DNA of 64,000 nt from NCBI GenBank assembly GCA_965221695.1, contig OZ244905.1, forward strand, positions 1,536,001 through 1,600,000, read 5' to 3'. This document shows, piece by piece, positions 22,281 to 33,307 of this stretch. The notes beneath the pieces are model-generated. The model searched no databases, was not told the DNA's origin, and saw only the letters and a list, made by a program, of their open reading frames with translations. The translations under genes and the position numbers were made by a program. How positions within the stretch are numbered: the stretch's first letter is position 1; each line of letters begins with the position of its first letter. The DNA is from Gammaproteobacteria bacterium (GTDB lineage: Bacteria > Pseudomonadota > Gammaproteobacteria > Eutrophobiales > Eutrophobiaceae).

Positions 22281-23690
22281 TTATGGGCTCCCGCTGCGGT
22301 ACGCGTCGAGTAGCCGGCCACCCAGCGCGCTGATATCTCCGGCGCCCAACAGCAGCAGGATATCGTTATCTTCGGTAACGCTTTCCAGCAGTGAACGCAA
22401 TTCTGCCTCGTCATTGGCCAGGATAGGCTCCACTTTGCCTCTGACTCGGATCGCCCGGCTCAGTGAACGGCTGTCGGCGCCCTGTATGGGTTGCTCTCCG
22501 GCAGGATATACGTCAAGTAGAATCAATGTGTTGAGTTCCGACAATGCCTGGCAGAACTCTTCAAACAAATCCCGGGTGCGGGTATAACGATGTGGCTGGA
22601 ATACCGCCACCAGTCTCCTACCGGGCCAGCCGTCGGCTACGGCGCGGGTGATGGCTGCTATTTCACTGGGATGGTGCGCGTAATCATCAATCAACAAGAC
22701 CAACTTGCCATTGATACGTATATTCCCCAGTATCGAACTCCTGCGAGCTATACCTTGGAAATTTGCCAATCCGGCGCTGATTGCCTGCCTGGACACACCG
22801 AGTTCTGTTGCCAGAGCTACGGCCGCCAATGCATTGAGGACGTTATGGCGCCCCGGCAGGTTCAATGTTACCCGGAACGGTTCGTCCCCGGTGGCGCGCG
22901 CGATGTTGAAACTGGCGCACGGGCCGGCAAACTCGATCGCCTCCGCTCGGTAATCCGCAGCGGATTCTATGCCGTAGGTGACGTAGGGGCGGTTTATACG
23001 CGGGAGAATCTCGCGGATGCCGGGGTCATCGCCGCAGATGACAACCAGACCGTAAAACGGCAGGCAGTGCAAAAAGTCAATAAAATTGTCTTGCAGCGCC
23101 TGATAACTGCCGCCGCAATATTCCAGGTGGTCGGCATCGATGTTCGTCAAGGCCGCGTACATCGGCGACAGGTGCAGAAATGAAGCGTCGCTCTCATCCG
23201 CCTCGGCTACGATGTATTTCCCCTTGCCCAATCGGGCATGGGAACCGCTCATGTTCAAACGGCCGCCGATAATATAGGTCGGGTCGAACATCCCTTCCGC
23301 CAGCAGGCTGGCAATCAGGCTGGTGGTCGTGGTTTTGCCATGGGTGCCGGCCACGGCGATCCCTTCGCTGAAACGCATCAGTTCGGACAACATTTCCGCG
23401 CGCGGGATGATTGGTATGCGCTTGGCCCGCGCGGCTTGCAATTCCGGGTTGTCGGCAGGCACAGCGCTTGAATAAACCACGACATCGCTGCCGTTGACGC
23501 ATTCCGCACTGTGCTCAAAGCGCACCTCGACACCCATGCCGGCGAGTCTTTCCGTGATGCTGCCGCGCGCCAGATCGGTGCCCGTCACCGTATACCCAAG
23601 GTTATGCAGCACCTCGGCAATCCCGCTCATACCAGCGCCGCCGATGCCGACGAAATGGATTTGTCTGACCCGCCGCATTTCAACTCGCAT
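22281..23690 (-). CDS. murC: UDP-N-acetylmuramate--L-alanine ligase
   Basis: HFVGIGGAGMS, GTHGKTTT, EADESD and DDYAHHP. Confidence 0.97.
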   Translation of the reverse strand: MRVEMRRVRQIHFVGIGGAGMSGIAEVLHNLGYTVTGTDLARGSITERLAGMGVEVRFEHSAECVNGSDVVVYSSAVPADNPELQAARAKRIPIIPRAEMLSELMRFSEGIAVAGTHGKTTTTSLIASLLAEGMFDPTYIIGGRLNMSGSHARLGKGKYIVAEADESDASFLHLSPMYAALTNIDADHLEYCGGSYQALQDNFIDFLHCLPFYGLVVICGDDPGIREILPRINRPYVTYGIESAADYRAEAIEFAGPCASFNIARATGDEPFRVTLNLPGRHNVLNALAAVALATELGVSRQAISAGLANFQGIARRSSILGNIRINGKLVLLIDDYAHHPSEIAAITRAVADGWPGRRLVAVFQPHRYTRTRDLFEEFCQALSELNTLILLDVYPAGEQPIQGADSRSLSRAIRVRGKVEPILANDEAELRSLLESVTEDNDILLLLGAGDISALGGRLLDAYRSGSP

Positions 23691-24783
23691 TTTCCGCCAC
23701 TCCGCTATTCACATACTCAAGGCAACGGTCGCCCACCGCCTGCGTCGCATCGGGGAACGCGCATAACCGGGCGTTGCGCGCCAGTTCGGACAACCTGTTT
23801 TCTACGCTGCACAACCGCCATAGCAGGTCTTCAATGCCAGCCTCGGTCAGCTCTTCTTCCGGGAGCAACAACGCCGCGCCGGCATCGCACAGGTAACGGG
23901 CATTGGCTGTCTGATGATCGTCGATGGCAAACGGGAACGGGACCAGGATTGAACCGAGTCCCGCAGCGCATAGTTCCGCAATGGTCAGCGCGCCGGCCCT
24001 GCAAACAGCAATATCTGCCCACTTGTACGCCGAGGCCATATCGACGATAAACGGGTCAAGCTTGACCTGATCCAGTTGCAGGCCAGCATACACACGCTGC
24101 GTATCGGCCAGGCGCTGCTCTCCGCATTGGTGCCAGACGTTCACTTTCTGCCTGCGCCGCAACCTGTTCAAACCCCGCGGCGCTATCCGGTTCAGTTGCC
24201 GCGCGCCCTGGCTGCCGCCGAGCACCAGCACATTTAATCTGTCGGAGGAGCGGGCAGATTTCCACCCCGGAAGGTCTACAATCTCCCGGCGCACAGGATT
24301 ACCCGTTGTAACAACCTTGGCGCTATCCTCGAAAGCGCCCGGAAAACCCTGCATGATCTGCGTCGCAAACCGGGCCAGGATGCGGTTGGTAGAGCCTGCG
24401 ATCCTGTTCTGCTCGTGTATCAGTAACGGAATGCGCAACAACCAGGCTGCGATGCCGCCCGGCCCGCTGGCAAAGCCGCCCATGCCCAACGCCGCGGCCG
24501 GTTGCCTTTGGATACAGATGCGCAAGGACTGGAGGATCGCTAGCAGAATTTTCACCGGCGCCGCCAATTTGCTTTGCAGCCCCTTGCCGCGCACTCCGCT
24601 CACCCTGACGGTCAACAACTCTATGCCCTGTTTCGGCACAACCTGATTTTCTATCCCATGGGGCGTTCCCAGCCAGAACAAGCGCGCCCCGCGCGCGCGC
24701 AAATATTCCGCCACGGCCAGCGCCGGGTAAACATGCCCGCCGGTGCCGCCCGCCATGATCATGATTGGGCTGTTACGCTTCAC
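23680..24783 (-). CDS. murG: Lipid I N-acetylglucosaminyltransferase
   Basis: AGGTGGH, HEQN, GNPVR, GGSQGA, RAGALT and DDHQ; start set at GTG 24783. Confidence 0.96.
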   Translation of the reverse strand: MKRNSPIMIMAGGTGGHVYPALAVAEYLRARGARLFWLGTPHGIENQVVPKQGIELLTVRVSGVRGKGLQSKLAAPVKILLAILQSLRICIQRQPAAALGMGGFASGPGGIAAWLLRIPLLIHEQNRIAGSTNRILARFATQIMQGFPGAFEDSAKVVTTGNPVRREIVDLPGWKSARSSDRLNVLVLGGSQGARQLNRIAPRGLNRLRRRQKVNVWHQCGEQRLADTQRVYAGLQLDQVKLDPFIVDMASAYKWADIAVCRAGALTIAELCAAGLGSILVPFPFAIDDHQTANARYLCDAGAALLLPEEELTEAGIEDLLWRLCSVENRLSELARNARLCAFPDATQAVGDRCLEYVNSGVAENAS

Positions 24784-25963
24784 GACCGCCTCCCTGCCTG
24801 CGTATCCTGATGCCTCGGGGATATCGGTTTTCCAAATCAATGCGCAACAGGATTGCCACAAGTATGCAACTGCTGAGGATACTATTGGCGCCATAACTGA
24901 ATAACGGCAAGGTCAGACCCTTAGTAGGCAACAACCCCACGTTTACGCCCATGTGGATAAATGCCTGGATACCCATGATTAAGCCGATGCCATACGCCAT
25001 ATGCGAGGCAAAGTATTTCCCCAACTGATGGGCGTGACCGGCGATGCTGAATGCTCTCCAGACAAATACCAGGAAAGCCGCGGTCAACAGCAGGGAGAAC
25101 AGCAGTCCCAGTTCCTCAGCGGAAATGGCAAAGATAAAATCCGTATGGGCTTGGGTCAGGTAAAATAGCTTCTGCACGCTGCTGCCCAGACCTACACCCA
25201 GCCACTCGCCCCGGCCGAATGCGATCAGTGACTGGATGAGCTGATAGCCGGAATTGAAAGGGTCCTGCCAAGGATCGATAAATGCCTTCAATCTGGCCAG
25301 GCGGTAGGATGGAAAGACCGCCAGCGCGCCCAGCGCTGCCACCATCACTGGAATCCAGATCAGAAACCGGCTGGCGGGAATGCCGGCCAGGAACAACATA
25401 CCCACAGCCGTCAGAAAAATGACCACGACCGAACCGTAATCAGGCTCGAGCAGCAACAGCCCGGAAATGACGATCACCACACTGATGGGACGCATGAAAC
25501 CGCTAAACGTCATGCGCACACTGTCCGCATGCCGCGTCAGGTACGCGGCCACATAGGCAATAATGCACACCTTGGCCAGTTCGGAGCTTTGCAGATTGAC
25601 CGGACCCAACCGGATCCAGCGGGCGCTGCCATTGATTTCACGGCCTACGCCGGGGATCAGTACCAATACGAGTAGCGCCAGCGCCAGCAACAGCAACGGC
25701 GCGCTGAGTTTTTCCCATACAATCACCGGAGATTTCAGGATCATGGCGCCCAACGCCAGGCTCAGCGCGAGCGAGAAAACCTGGCGTCGAAAATAGTAGA
25801 ACGGATCATCGTGCAATCGTTCGGCGAGCGCAACGGAGGAGGAAGCCACCATTACCAACCCTGCGACCAACAAAAACAGAACAACGATAACCAGCCAGGG
25901 ATCATGATCGTGCCAGCTTGAAGCCTTCACATCCTGGAGCCTGACTGCCTGCAATTTCTGCAT
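24773..25963 (-). CDS. ftsW: Peptidoglycan polymerase FtsW (SEDS)
   Basis: NGSARW, QSSE, EPDYG, GYQLIQS, HTDFI and PTKGLTLP; start set at ATG 25963. Confidence 0.96.
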   Translation of the reverse strand: MQKLQAVRLQDVKASSWHDHDPWLVIVVLFLLVAGLVMVASSSVALAERLHDDPFYYFRRQVFSLALSLALGAMILKSPVIVWEKLSAPLLLLALALLVLVLIPGVGREINGSARWIRLGPVNLQSSELAKVCIIAYVAAYLTRHADSVRMTFSGFMRPISVVIVISGLLLLEPDYGSVVVIFLTAVGMLFLAGIPASRFLIWIPVMVAALGALAVFPSYRLARLKAFIDPWQDPFNSGYQLIQSLIAFGRGEWLGVGLGSSVQKLFYLTQAHTDFIFAISAEELGLLFSLLLTAAFLVFVWRAFSIAGHAHQLGKYFASHMAYGIGLIMGIQAFIHMGVNVGLLPTKGLTLPLFSYGANSILSSCILVAILLRIDLENRYPRGIRIRRQGGGREA

Positions 25964-27369
25964 TATTGATCTCCCCGGGCGCTGATCTTGGCGAGCGCGC
26001 GCTTGAAAGCGTCGCCGCGATCGGCGAAATCCTTGAACATGTCGATACTGGCGCACGCGGGGGACAACAACACGGTATCTCCGGGCTGCGCGCAACGCCG
26101 TGCCGCGTTCACCGCCGCGTCCATTCCGGTAGCATAAAATACGGCGCTGCTTTCCGGCGCTATACGGGCAATATCCGGCGCGCTGTTTCCTATGAGGATG
26201 GTTGCTTTCACATATTTTCCCAACACGTCTGCGAGCGGCGAAAAGTCCGCGCCCTTACCATCGCCCCCGGCAATCAGAATTATGTTCTTGCGCTGCTGCG
26301 ATAATCCGCGCAGAGCCGCCAGGGTTGCTCCGACATTGGTTCCCTTGGAATCATTGAACCAGTCTACGCCGCTGATCCTGGCCACCCATTCACAACGGTG
26401 CGGCAACCCGACAAAAGCACGCGCGGCTTCCAGCATGGATGGCATCGGCAGTTCCAGGGCGCTGCCCAACGCCAGGCACGCCAGCGCGTTGGCCAGGTTG
26501 TGCCGGCCATATATCTTGAGCTCGGATTGTCTGATCAAGGCCTTATTCCGATGCGCCAACCAGACCTCGCCGGCGCGCTCCAGCACGCAGAAGTCTGCCT
26601 CGGGCCGGATCATGGAATAACTGATCGTTGTGCGCTCCGGTCGCGACATAGAGCGCACGATTTCATCATCCAGGTTGATAATCATGACGCCGTCTCCGGC
26701 GTAGATATTTTGCTTGGCGCGCGCATACTCCGTCATCTCCCCGTGACGGTCGAGGTGATCCGCCGACACGTTGAGCGCCGCCGCGGCGACAGGTCTGTGC
26801 GAGCGCAAGGTCTCAAGCTGGAAACTGGATAATTCCAGCAAGTAGTAATCCGGCGCCGGCTGCGCCAGCAAATCCAGCGCTGGAATTCCGATATTTCCTC
26901 CCAGGCCAACGCGCAGACCCGCGCGTTCCAGCATCTTCGCCAGCAAGCTCACCACCGTGCTCTTGCCGTTTGACCCGGTTACCGCAACCAGCGGCGCGTT
27001 AATATGGCGGCAGAAAACCTCCACATCTCCCAGGATTTCCACTCCTGCGCTGGCCGCGGCGCGGATAGCCGGATGATTCAGCGCGATTCCCGGACTGACG
27101 ATCAGACGGCGCGCCCGGCACAGCAGGTCGGGCTGGAATTCGCCCGGAAAGAACGGCATATCCGGATAACGCTGTTTCAGATCTGAAAGCCCGGGCGGCT
27201 CCTGCCTGGTGTCGGCCACCCCCACACGCTCTGCTGAACCTGCCAGGTAACTGACACAGGACAGACCGGTCCTGCCCAATCCCAGCACCAGTGTATCAAA
27301 GCGTTGCGCGCGTTCAGTCATATGGCGGTCGTCGGTAGCATTTGCAGCCAGCGTAGTTGTCGAACCCAT
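25963..27369 (-). CDS. murD: UDP-N-acetylmuramoyl-L-alanine--D-glutamate ligase
   Basis: GLGRTG, TGSNGKST, ELSSFQL, DHLDRH, NDSKGTN and LSPACAS; start uncertain (27369 or 27321). Confidence 0.95.
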   Translation of the reverse strand: MGSTTTLAANATDDRHMTERAQRFDTLVLGLGRTGLSCVSYLAGSAERVGVADTRQEPPGLSDLKQRYPDMPFFPGEFQPDLLCRARRLIVSPGIALNHPAIRAAASAGVEILGDVEVFCRHINAPLVAVTGSNGKSTVVSLLAKMLERAGLRVGLGGNIGIPALDLLAQPAPDYYLLELSSFQLETLRSHRPVAAAALNVSADHLDRHGEMTEYARAKQNIYAGDGVMIINLDDEIVRSMSRPERTTISYSMIRPEADFCVLERAGEVWLAHRNKALIRQSELKIYGRHNLANALACLALGSALELPMPSMLEAARAFVGLPHRCEWVARISGVDWFNDSKGTNVGATLAALRGLSQQRKNIILIAGGDGKGADFSPLADVLGKYVKATILIGNSAPDIARIAPESSAVFYATGMDAAVNAARRCAQPGDTVLLSPACASIDMFKDFADRGDAFKRALAKISARGDQ

Positions 27370-27389
27370 GTCTCGATGCCAAGCCCCCG

Positions 27390-28472
27390 TCACCTGATCT
27401 TCATGCTGGCCAGTCCGATGAGCACCAGGATCACTGTAATGATCCAGAAGCGCACAATGACTCGCGGCTCGGGCCAACCCTTTAATTCATAGTGGTGATG
27501 CAGCGGCGCCATGCGGAATATTCTCTTGCCGGTAAGCTTGAATGAACTGACCTGCAGGATAACGGAAACCGTTTCGATGACGAACACGCCGCCCATGATG
27601 AACAGGACCAACTCTTGCCTGACGATTACCGCGATGGTTCCGAGCGCGGCGCCCAGGGACAGGGCGCCGATGTCGCCCATGAACACTTGGGCAGGATAAG
27701 TGTTGAACCAGAGAAAGCCCAGGCCGGAGCCGGCGATGGCCGCGCAGACAATACAGATTTCGCCGACACCGGGCACATAGGGGAAGCCGAGATATTCAGC
27801 AAAACTGACATGGCCGGTAACGTAGGCAAACGCAGTCAGCCCGCCCACAACCATAACGGTCGGCATGATCGCCAGACCGTCCAGTCCGTCTGTAAGGTTC
27901 ACCGCGTTGCTTGAGCCCACTATGACTAAATAGCTGGTCAGGATGAACAGCAAACCCAGTTCATAATTGAAGGATTTGATAAACGGCAGGATCAGTGTCG
28001 TCTGCGCGGGCGCGCCGGCGCTCGCATACAGGTAGCCGGCGATGGAAAGAGCAAACACCGACTGCCAGAAATATTTCCATCGAGCGCTCAGACCCTTGGA
28101 ATTCTTGCGCATGATCTTCCGGTAATCGTCCACCCAGCCGAGCAAGCCGAATGCCAGGATGGCGGCAAACACGACCCAGACGAAGCGGTTGGAGAGATCC
28201 GCCCAGCAAAGTATGCTGATGGAGATGGAAAATAGTATCAGCGCGCCGCCCATGGTCGGCGTGCCAGCCTTTTCCAGGTGCGTCTGCGGGCCGTCAGCGC
28301 GCACTTCCTGGCCTATGCGGTATTTGTCCAGGTAGCGGATCAGCATCGGACCGGCCAGCAACGTTACGAACAGGGCGGTCAGGGCGCCAAGGATAGTGCG
28401 GGTAACGATATATTGAAACGCATTGAACCCGCTGTAGAACTGCGTCAGGTATTCCGCCAGCCAGAACAGCAT
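27390..28472 (-). CDS. mraY: Phospho-N-acetylmuramoyl-pentapeptide transferase
   Basis: [30 protein letters not shown] and MAPLHHHYE. Confidence 0.98.
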   Translation of the reverse strand: MLFWLAEYLTQFYSGFNAFQYIVTRTILGALTALFVTLLAGPMLIRYLDKYRIGQEVRADGPQTHLEKAGTPTMGGALILFSISISILCWADLSNRFVWVVFAAILAFGLLGWVDDYRKIMRKNSKGLSARWKYFWQSVFALSIAGYLYASAGAPAQTTLILPFIKSFNYELGLLFILTSYLVIVGSSNAVNLTDGLDGLAIMPTVMVVGGLTAFAYVTGHVSFAEYLGFPYVPGVGEICIVCAAIAGSGLGFLWFNTYPAQVFMGDIGALSLGAALGTIAVIVRQELVLFIMGGVFVIETVSVILQVSSFKLTGKRIFRMAPLHHHYELKGWPEPRVIVRFWIITVILVLIGLASMKIR

Positions 28473-29839
28473 CAGACGCTCCCCTCAGCCAGCGCTTCCA
28501 CCACGCGCTCCATGGCCATGGACCTGGAACCTTTGACCAGCAATACGAGGTCCGGGCGCAGTTCATTGCGCAAGGTCTTGACCAGGTCATCCAGCGCAGA
28601 GAAATGCGCCGCGCCGACGCCGAAACCGGCGACCGCACGCGCGGCGAGTTCCCCGAAACCGTAGAGGCGTTCGATGCCAAGTTCGCGCGCTTCTGCGCCG
28701 GCCTGTTCGTGCAGACTGGAAGCGTCGGCGCCGAGTTCGCCCATATCACCCAGGATCAACCAGGCTCGTCCCGGCATTTCACGCGCAACCTTGAGGGCGG
28801 CGACCAGCGACGCGGGGTTGGCGTTATAGGTATCGTCAATTAAGAGCGCGCCGCGCGCGCCGGTTTTCAACTGCATCCTGCCCTTGACGGGTTGCGCCTT
28901 GCGCAGCCCTGACTGAATCTGGTCTAGCGGAATATCAATTGCAATACAACAAGCTGCCGCCGCCAGCGCGTTCATGACATTATGGCGGCCCGCCAAGCTC
29001 AATTCCATGGCGATACTGGTATCGGTCCCGGAGTCGTTCAATACCAGGTCGAAGCAAACCCGCCCCGCGCCGGGAGTCAGATCGACATTCTGCGCGCGCA
29101 CATCCGCCCGCGAGTCCATACCGAAGGTGATCTGCCGGTAACCGCGGGAACGCTCCAACCATAGTTGCGCGCGTTCGTCGTCGATATTGATGATGGCGAC
29201 GCCGCCCGGCGCCAGTCCTGTGTAAATTTCAGCCTTGGCCTCGGCTACTCCCGCAACAGAGCCGAATCCCTCAAGATGGGCCGGCGCGCAGAGGGTAATC
29301 AGCGCCACATCCGGTCTGGTAATATGGCTTAACCAGCTTATTTCTCCGGGGTGGTTAGCGCCCATTTCGACTACCGCGTGCCGGTAGCCGGCAGCCAGTT
29401 TGAACAGGGTCAACGGAACGCCGATATCGTTGTTGAAATTTCCCTGGGTAGATAGCGTCTCACCATTGATGGACAGGATTGATCTGATCATTTCCTTGAC
29501 CGTGGTCTTGCCATTGCTGCCTGTCACCGCAATGACCGGCAAGTCGAACCCGGCGCGCCAGTGTCCTGCCAACTGACCCGCCCGTTTCCTGGCGTCATCC
29601 ACCTTAATCACGGGCAACGGATAGTTGTGATCCCGATCCACCAGCGCCGCGCTAGCGCCCCGCGCCAATGCGTCAGAAATAAAATCATGGCCGTCCCGTT
29701 CCGGTCCGCGCAAGGCGATGAACAACTCTCCAGCTTGTAGTGTGCGGCTATCGTAACTGCAACCGGCAAACTGCCGATCCTCTCCACAGAGTTGGCCCTC
29801 CAGAACGGCGCTGGCCGCTGATAACCACATGCTGATCAT
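28472..29839 (-). CDS. murF: UDP-MurNAc-tripeptide--D-Ala-D-Ala ligase
   Basis: [34 protein letters not shown] and KGSR. Confidence 0.97.
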   Translation of the reverse strand: MISMWLSAASAVLEGQLCGEDRQFAGCSYDSRTLQAGELFIALRGPERDGHDFISDALARGASAALVDRDHNYPLPVIKVDDARKRAGQLAGHWRAGFDLPVIAVTGSNGKTTVKEMIRSILSINGETLSTQGNFNNDIGVPLTLFKLAAGYRHAVVEMGANHPGEISWLSHITRPDVALITLCAPAHLEGFGSVAGVAEAKAEIYTGLAPGGVAIINIDDERAQLWLERSRGYRQITFGMDSRADVRAQNVDLTPGAGRVCFDLVLNDSGTDTSIAMELSLAGRHNVMNALAAAACCIAIDIPLDQIQSGLRKAQPVKGRMQLKTGARGALLIDDTYNANPASLVAALKVAREMPGRAWLILGDMGELGADASSLHEQAGAEARELGIERLYGFGELAARAVAGFGVGAAHFSALDDLVKTLRNELRPDLVLLVKGSRSMAMERVVEALAEGSV

Positions 29840-31338
29840 CCGGCGCGCTCCAGGATCATACGAACCTGTTGCCGGTCGCTGAAGGGATAACGTTTCCCGG
29901 CAACTTCCTGAATGGTTTCGTGTCCTTTGCCGGCAATCAGCGCTATATCGTCGGGCCCCGCCTTTTCCAGCGCGATTTCGATGGCCCGGGAGCGATTCCG
30001 CTCGATAGTAACGGCGTCGGCGCGAGACATGCCGGAAAGAATGGCTGCGATGATGTCAGCGCCAGCTTCACTCCTCGGATTGTCATCAGTCAAAATCACC
30101 TCCGTAGCTAGCCTTTGCGCCACCTCTCCCATTAACGGCCGCTTTTCCACATCGCGCTCGCCGCCACAACCGAAAACGCAAATCAGCCGCCCTTCGCAGC
30201 GCTCTCGCAGACTCGCTAAAGCCTGCTCAAGGGCTGCGGGAGTGTGCGCATAATCCACTACCACGCGCGCGCCGTCCGTCCGCGCAAAACTTTCCATGCG
30301 GCCCGGAACCGGACCGATCGCTTCCAACTTTTCCAAGACACTGTCCAAGGAGAAGCCCGCCAGGCACAGCGTCGCAACCACGGCCAGTATATTGCCTGCG
30401 TTGAATTTCCCCGTCACCCCGGGCCGCGTGCGACCGTTTCCCCAAGGACTGGCAATATCCAGCACAAGTTCGAAGCCGGGCGCCAAGGTGGCGCTGACCA
30501 ACGGAGGGCGCGCCCCGCCCGACAAGCCATAGCTGATCGCTTCCACCCCGGTCGGGAGCTGTTGCAGCAGCGCCCGCCCGCAAGCGTCGTCGCTGTTCAC
30601 CACCGCTGCGTCCAGAGTTTCAAACGCAAACAGTTTTTTCTTGGCTCGGAAGTAATGGTCCATGTCCCGGTGATAATCCAGATGATCCCGGCTCAGGTTG
30701 GTGAACACCGCGGTATCGAACTCAACGCCAGTCACACGTCCCTGGTCCAAGGCATGGGATGACACTTCCATGAATGTCGCCTGCGCGCCGGCATCGAGAA
30801 AATCAGCGCACAGACGTTGCAGGCCGATGGCATCAGGTGTCGTATTGGAGCCGGATTGCAGACGCGGGAAACAACCGTAGCCGAGCGTGCCGACCAGCCC
30901 CGCCGGTTGCCCGGCAAGCTGCGAATGAACCTTTGCCAACCACCAGCTTACTGATGTTTTGCCATTGGTTCCGGTAACGCCGGTCACACGCATCTGTCTC
31001 GTGGGTTGGCGATAAAACCGGCTGGCGATCAATCCCAGTTTATCTCGTAACTTCGGCACCGGAATAACCGGGCTAAGACGCTGGTCCAGATCAGACAACA
31101 GCGCCGTATCCACAGCCGCCGCCACTGCTCCCGACATAAGCGCTTCCCGGATGAACAGGCTGCCCCGGGTCCTGGTCCCCCGACAGGCAAGAAACAGGTC
31201 GCCGGCGCGCACCGCGCGACTGTCGGAGCTGATCCCCTGCGCGTATATTTCGGGGGCGATCAGCGCATCGGTCATCCCTTCCAGCAAAGCCCGCACTGGA
31301 AGACCGGTTTGAGTATTGTTTTCCGCCAATATCATCAC
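29836..31338 (-). CDS. murE: UDP-MurNAc-dipeptide--meso-DAP ligase
   Basis: TGTNGKTS, MEVSSH, DHLDYH, DYAHTP, DNPR (DAP specificity) and AGKGHE. Confidence 0.97.
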   Translation of the reverse strand: MMILAENNTQTGLPVRALLEGMTDALIAPEIYAQGISSDSRAVRAGDLFLACRGTRTRGSLFIREALMSGAVAAAVDTALLSDLDQRLSPVIPVPKLRDKLGLIASRFYRQPTRQMRVTGVTGTNGKTSVSWWLAKVHSQLAGQPAGLVGTLGYGCFPRLQSGSNTTPDAIGLQRLCADFLDAGAQATFMEVSSHALDQGRVTGVEFDTAVFTNLSRDHLDYHRDMDHYFRAKKKLFAFETLDAAVVNSDDACGRALLQQLPTGVEAISYGLSGGARPPLVSATLAPGFELVLDIASPWGNGRTRPGVTGKFNAGNILAVVATLCLAGFSLDSVLEKLEAIGPVPGRMESFARTDGARVVVDYAHTPAALEQALASLRERCEGRLICVFGCGGERDVEKRPLMGEVAQRLATEVILTDDNPRSEAGADIIAAILSGMSRADAVTIERNRSRAIEIALEKAGPDDIALIAGKGHETIQEVAGKRYPFSDRQQVRMILERAG

Positions 31339-33047
31339 CTGGAGCTTTCAGCGAGCAACGCTCTTTGTTTCAATCCAATCAGGTTGTCGGGAGGGATATT
31401 CAGGATGCGCAACGCGCCGCGCATGACCGCGGCAAACACCGGCGCCGCCACCTGGCCACCGAAGTATTGTCCGGTCCTGGGATCATCCACCACCACAACC
31501 AGAACAAGACGCGGGTCAGTGGCCGGAGCAAAACCCGCGAACAGGGACACGTAACGATCCTCCTCATAACCGGAATCCGATGCCTTGTGCGCGGTGCCGG
31601 TTTTACCGGCGACATGATATCCCTCCACCGCCGCGCGCCAGCCGCTGCCGCCGCTCCTAACTACTGATCGCATAATATTATTCACCTCGAACGCGACCAT
31701 TTCCGGCATCACTCGCCGCGGTTTGCGCAGGGTATCGACTTTCTCGAAGCTGATTGGGTACAACAAGCCACCGGACGCAATCACAGAATAAGCCTGGGCC
31801 AACTGCAAGGTGGTTGTCGATATACCGTATCCGTATGAGACAGTGGCCAGGTCAATTCTGGACCAATCGGCAAAATCCGTGAGCGTCCCCGGCGCTTCCC
31901 CGGGATACCTGCTCATGGTGGGACTGCCAAAACCGATGCCATGGTGCAGCTTCCAGAGCGGTTCCGCCCCTAGCGACAAAGCAACCTTGGTGACGCCCAC
32001 GTTACTGGACTTGCGGATTATATCGCTCACGCTGATGATACCGTAATCATTGATGTCACTGATCAGATGGCGGTCTACGGCGAAACGTCCCGGCGCTGTG
32101 TCTACCATGGTTTGCGGCTCGTACATCCCTGACATCAACGCCGCGGCTATGGTGAACGGCTTTATCGTGGAACCGGGTTCGAATACATCCGTTACCACTC
32201 GGTTGCGATATTGGCTACCACTCATGGCGGCGCGATTATTGGGGTTGAACGGAGGTTGCACAGCCAAGGCTAGCGTCTCGCCGGTTCTTACGCGGAGCAG
32301 CAGCAACATGCCTCCTCTGGCCTGGTGGTCCAGCACCGCGGTTTGCAGTTCCCGGTATGCCAGGTATTGCAGCCGTTGATCCAGGGCCAGGGCCAGTGTC
32401 TTGCCGGGAACGGGCTGTTTGATGTTTTCAATGTCTTTGACAATCGAACCGTACAAGTCCTTCAACACTCTTTTTTTGCCGGGAGCGCCGCGCAACCAGT
32501 CGTCATAAGCGAGTTCAATGCCTTCCTGCCCTTCATCATCAATATCGGTAAACCCGATCAGGTGAGAAGCCACTTCACCCAGGGGATAGTATCTTTTGTA
32601 CTCCTTGCCGGTATGTATTCCCGGTATTTTCAGAGCCTGAACCCGGCGCGCTGTGTCGGGCAGCGCCTGCCTCTTCAGATAAAAAAAATTCCGCCCCCGG
32701 CGCTCCGACAGTGACTGCCTGAGACGTTCCGCCGAAGCGCCCAGCAGACCGGCCAGTTCCCGCAGGTCTGCGCCGGAATCCAGAACCTTAGCCGGCACAG
32801 CCCAGATCGAAGAAACCGGCGTGCTCACCGCCAGAGGTTCGCCGTTCCGGTCAGTAATCAGTCCCCGGTATGCGGGGATGGCAACACTGCGCACCGACCT
32901 CGCATCGCCTTCGTTAATCAGGAAATCCTTGTTCAGTATCTGCAGATAGAACACCCTGGCTGCGACCGCGGTCGCAGCAATAGCAAACAATGCCAGCACG
33001 AACCACTTGCGGATTGCGGGACTGCCGATGCCGATGCGCTCGTTCAT
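31335..33047 (-). CDS. ftsI: Division transpeptidase PBP3
   Basis: RGLITDRNG, EPGSTIK (SxxK), KSSN (SxN) and KTG. Confidence 0.96.
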   Translation of the reverse strand: MNERIGIGSPAIRKWFVLALFAIAATAVAARVFYLQILNKDFLINEGDARSVRSVAIPAYRGLITDRNGEPLAVSTPVSSIWAVPAKVLDSGADLRELAGLLGASAERLRQSLSERRGRNFFYLKRQALPDTARRVQALKIPGIHTGKEYKRYYPLGEVASHLIGFTDIDDEGQEGIELAYDDWLRGAPGKKRVLKDLYGSIVKDIENIKQPVPGKTLALALDQRLQYLAYRELQTAVLDHQARGGMLLLLRVRTGETLALAVQPPFNPNNRAAMSGSQYRNRVVTDVFEPGSTIKPFTIAAALMSGMYEPQTMVDTAPGRFAVDRHLISDINDYGIISVSDIIRKSSNVGVTKVALSLGAEPLWKLHHGIGFGSPTMSRYPGEAPGTLTDFADWSRIDLATVSYGYGISTTTLQLAQAYSVIASGGLLYPISFEKVDTLRKPRRVMPEMVAFEVNNIMRSVVRSGGSGWRAAVEGYHVAGKTGTAHKASDSGYEEDRYVSLFAGFAPATDPRLVLVVVVDDPRTGQYFGGQVAAPVFAAVMRGALRILNIPPDNLIGLKQRALLAESSR

Positions 33048-33307
33048 GGCGCCAGAAATACTCTCGATCCGCTATTCGGCCCCAACATGTCCAACTCTTC
33101 CCTGACTACGCGTTCAATCCGGTCGTTCATTGACCAGGCGCTCTGTTCAAGCTGGAGCCTGCCCCATTCTTCATTCAGTAAGTCCCGCTCTTTTTTCAAC
33201 TGTTCTATTTCCATGAATACCGCGCGCGAGGCATGCTGCGTTGCCACAACCGATAGAGCCGAAACCAGGTCGGCAAGCACAAGGATAAAAATAACAGCCG
33301 GCCTCAT
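33044..33307 (-). CDS. ftsL: Cell division protein FtsL
   Basis: TM plus coiled coil with EWGRLQLEQ; between rsmH and ftsI. Confidence 0.9.
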   Translation of the reverse strand: MRPAVIFILVLADLVSALSVVATQHASRAVFMEIEQLKKERDLLNEEWGRLQLEQSAWSMNDRIERVVREELDMLGPNSGSRVFLAP